Positions 48,712-49,162 of a stretch of DNA of 49,162 nt are shown here, in pieces. Below the pieces are notes generated by a model. That model saw only the letters and a list, made by a program, of their open reading frames with translations, was not told where the DNA came from and did no database searches. Each line of letters starts with the position of its first letter. Positions within the stretch are counted from its first letter, which is position 1. The stretch is from Reclinomonas americana ATCC 50394. Taxonomy: Eukaryota. The stretch lies in the NCBI GenBank assembly GCA_048213135.1, contig PS015512.1, positions 18,043-67,204 of the forward strand, given 5' to 3'. The position numbers and the translations under genes were made by a program.

Positions 48712-49162
48712 ATGCGAGCGCTGTCGCTCTGTGCGATTGCCGCTTTTATTCTCGCACTGAGTGCCATTGTTGCCGGTGCCGCCGATATCGAGCTTTGTGA
48801 GCACTCACCAGGTGAAAATATACTACGACAGCATGCGCGCAGCGTGCGCAACAAGCTGCCTTCTCTCCACCCTCTCCGCTTCCTTTCCGCACGCACGAGA
48901 CAGTGCACTCCCATGCACTTCACATCTCAACTGCCTCCTCTCTCCTTCTCTCTCCGTCTTTCTCTCTCTCTCTCTCTCTTTTCTCTCTCTCCCTCCATCG
49001 CGTGTTCGGAATTTAAATTTGTGCGTATGTGTGCCACTGTGTGTGTGTGTGCATGCTTGTGGATGTGTGCGAGAGACATGCGATCTTGAATGTGTGTGTG
49101 GTGTATTGCAAGAAACCATCACCAGTTTGCTCACCCCCCTTTCGCAGATGACACTCTCGAGC
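48712..49162 (+). CDS. 5' end of a signal-peptide protein (possibly ER DnaJ-type); runs off the window
   Basis: MRALSLCAIAAFILALSAIVAGA looks like a signal peptide. Intron 48797-49147 (GTGAGC...CAG) joins ADIEL-YDTLE, which resembles the start of a J-domain. Only 5 codons of exon 2 are visible. Confidence 0.5.

Noticed and set aside
1-49162. Alternative genetic code or stop-codon reassignment to explain the fragmented ORFs
   Set aside because: Interruptions in recognisable genes are resolved by short spliceosomal introns, and TAA, TAG and TGA each end conserved proteins at the expected positions.
1-49162. CRISPR arrays, transposases, rRNA or prokaryotic operons
   Set aside because: No regular repeat-spacer arrays, no transposase or reverse-transcriptase motifs and no rRNA-like sequence were seen. 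Introns also show no obvious shared sequence that would indicate an introner family.

Overview
Gene-dense, intron-rich nuclear DNA from a GC-rich eukaryote, probably a protist, using the standard genetic code. There are eight N-gaps (about 7670-8233, 8870-8889, 16179-16881, 20217-20236, 22822-22841, 24808-24907, 33082-33686, 41004-41742). The six-frame ORF track is misleading because genes are broken by many roughly 60-90 nt introns. Splicing them by hand gives about 19 protein-coding genes: a GH5 endoglycoceramidase-like enzyme, a large hypothetical protein, TTC5, a HEAT-repeat protein, an EF-hand protein, a TMBIM/Lifeguard protein, an LRR+CCHCR1-like protein, a BTB-pentapeptide protein, TSR1, KTI12, an IFT25-like protein, a coiled-coil protein, a CDF/ZnT zinc transporter, two putative regulators, Exo70, APC4, PHAF1 and a partial signal-peptide gene. 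There is also one tRNA-Val(TAC). The most unusual signals concern gene expression: (1) a frequent class of 5' splice sites (GTTGCG/GTTGTG/GTTGAG) that look like the ordinary donor shifted by +1 and mostly follow a non-G exon end; (2) a consensus U12-type AT-AC intron; (3) chains of 4-20 nt microexons; (4) a probable GC-AG intron; (5) tandem intergenic spacers of 8-49 nt where the stop codon sits inside a shared TAAAA..CA motif. All gene models are hand reconstructions without transcript data.
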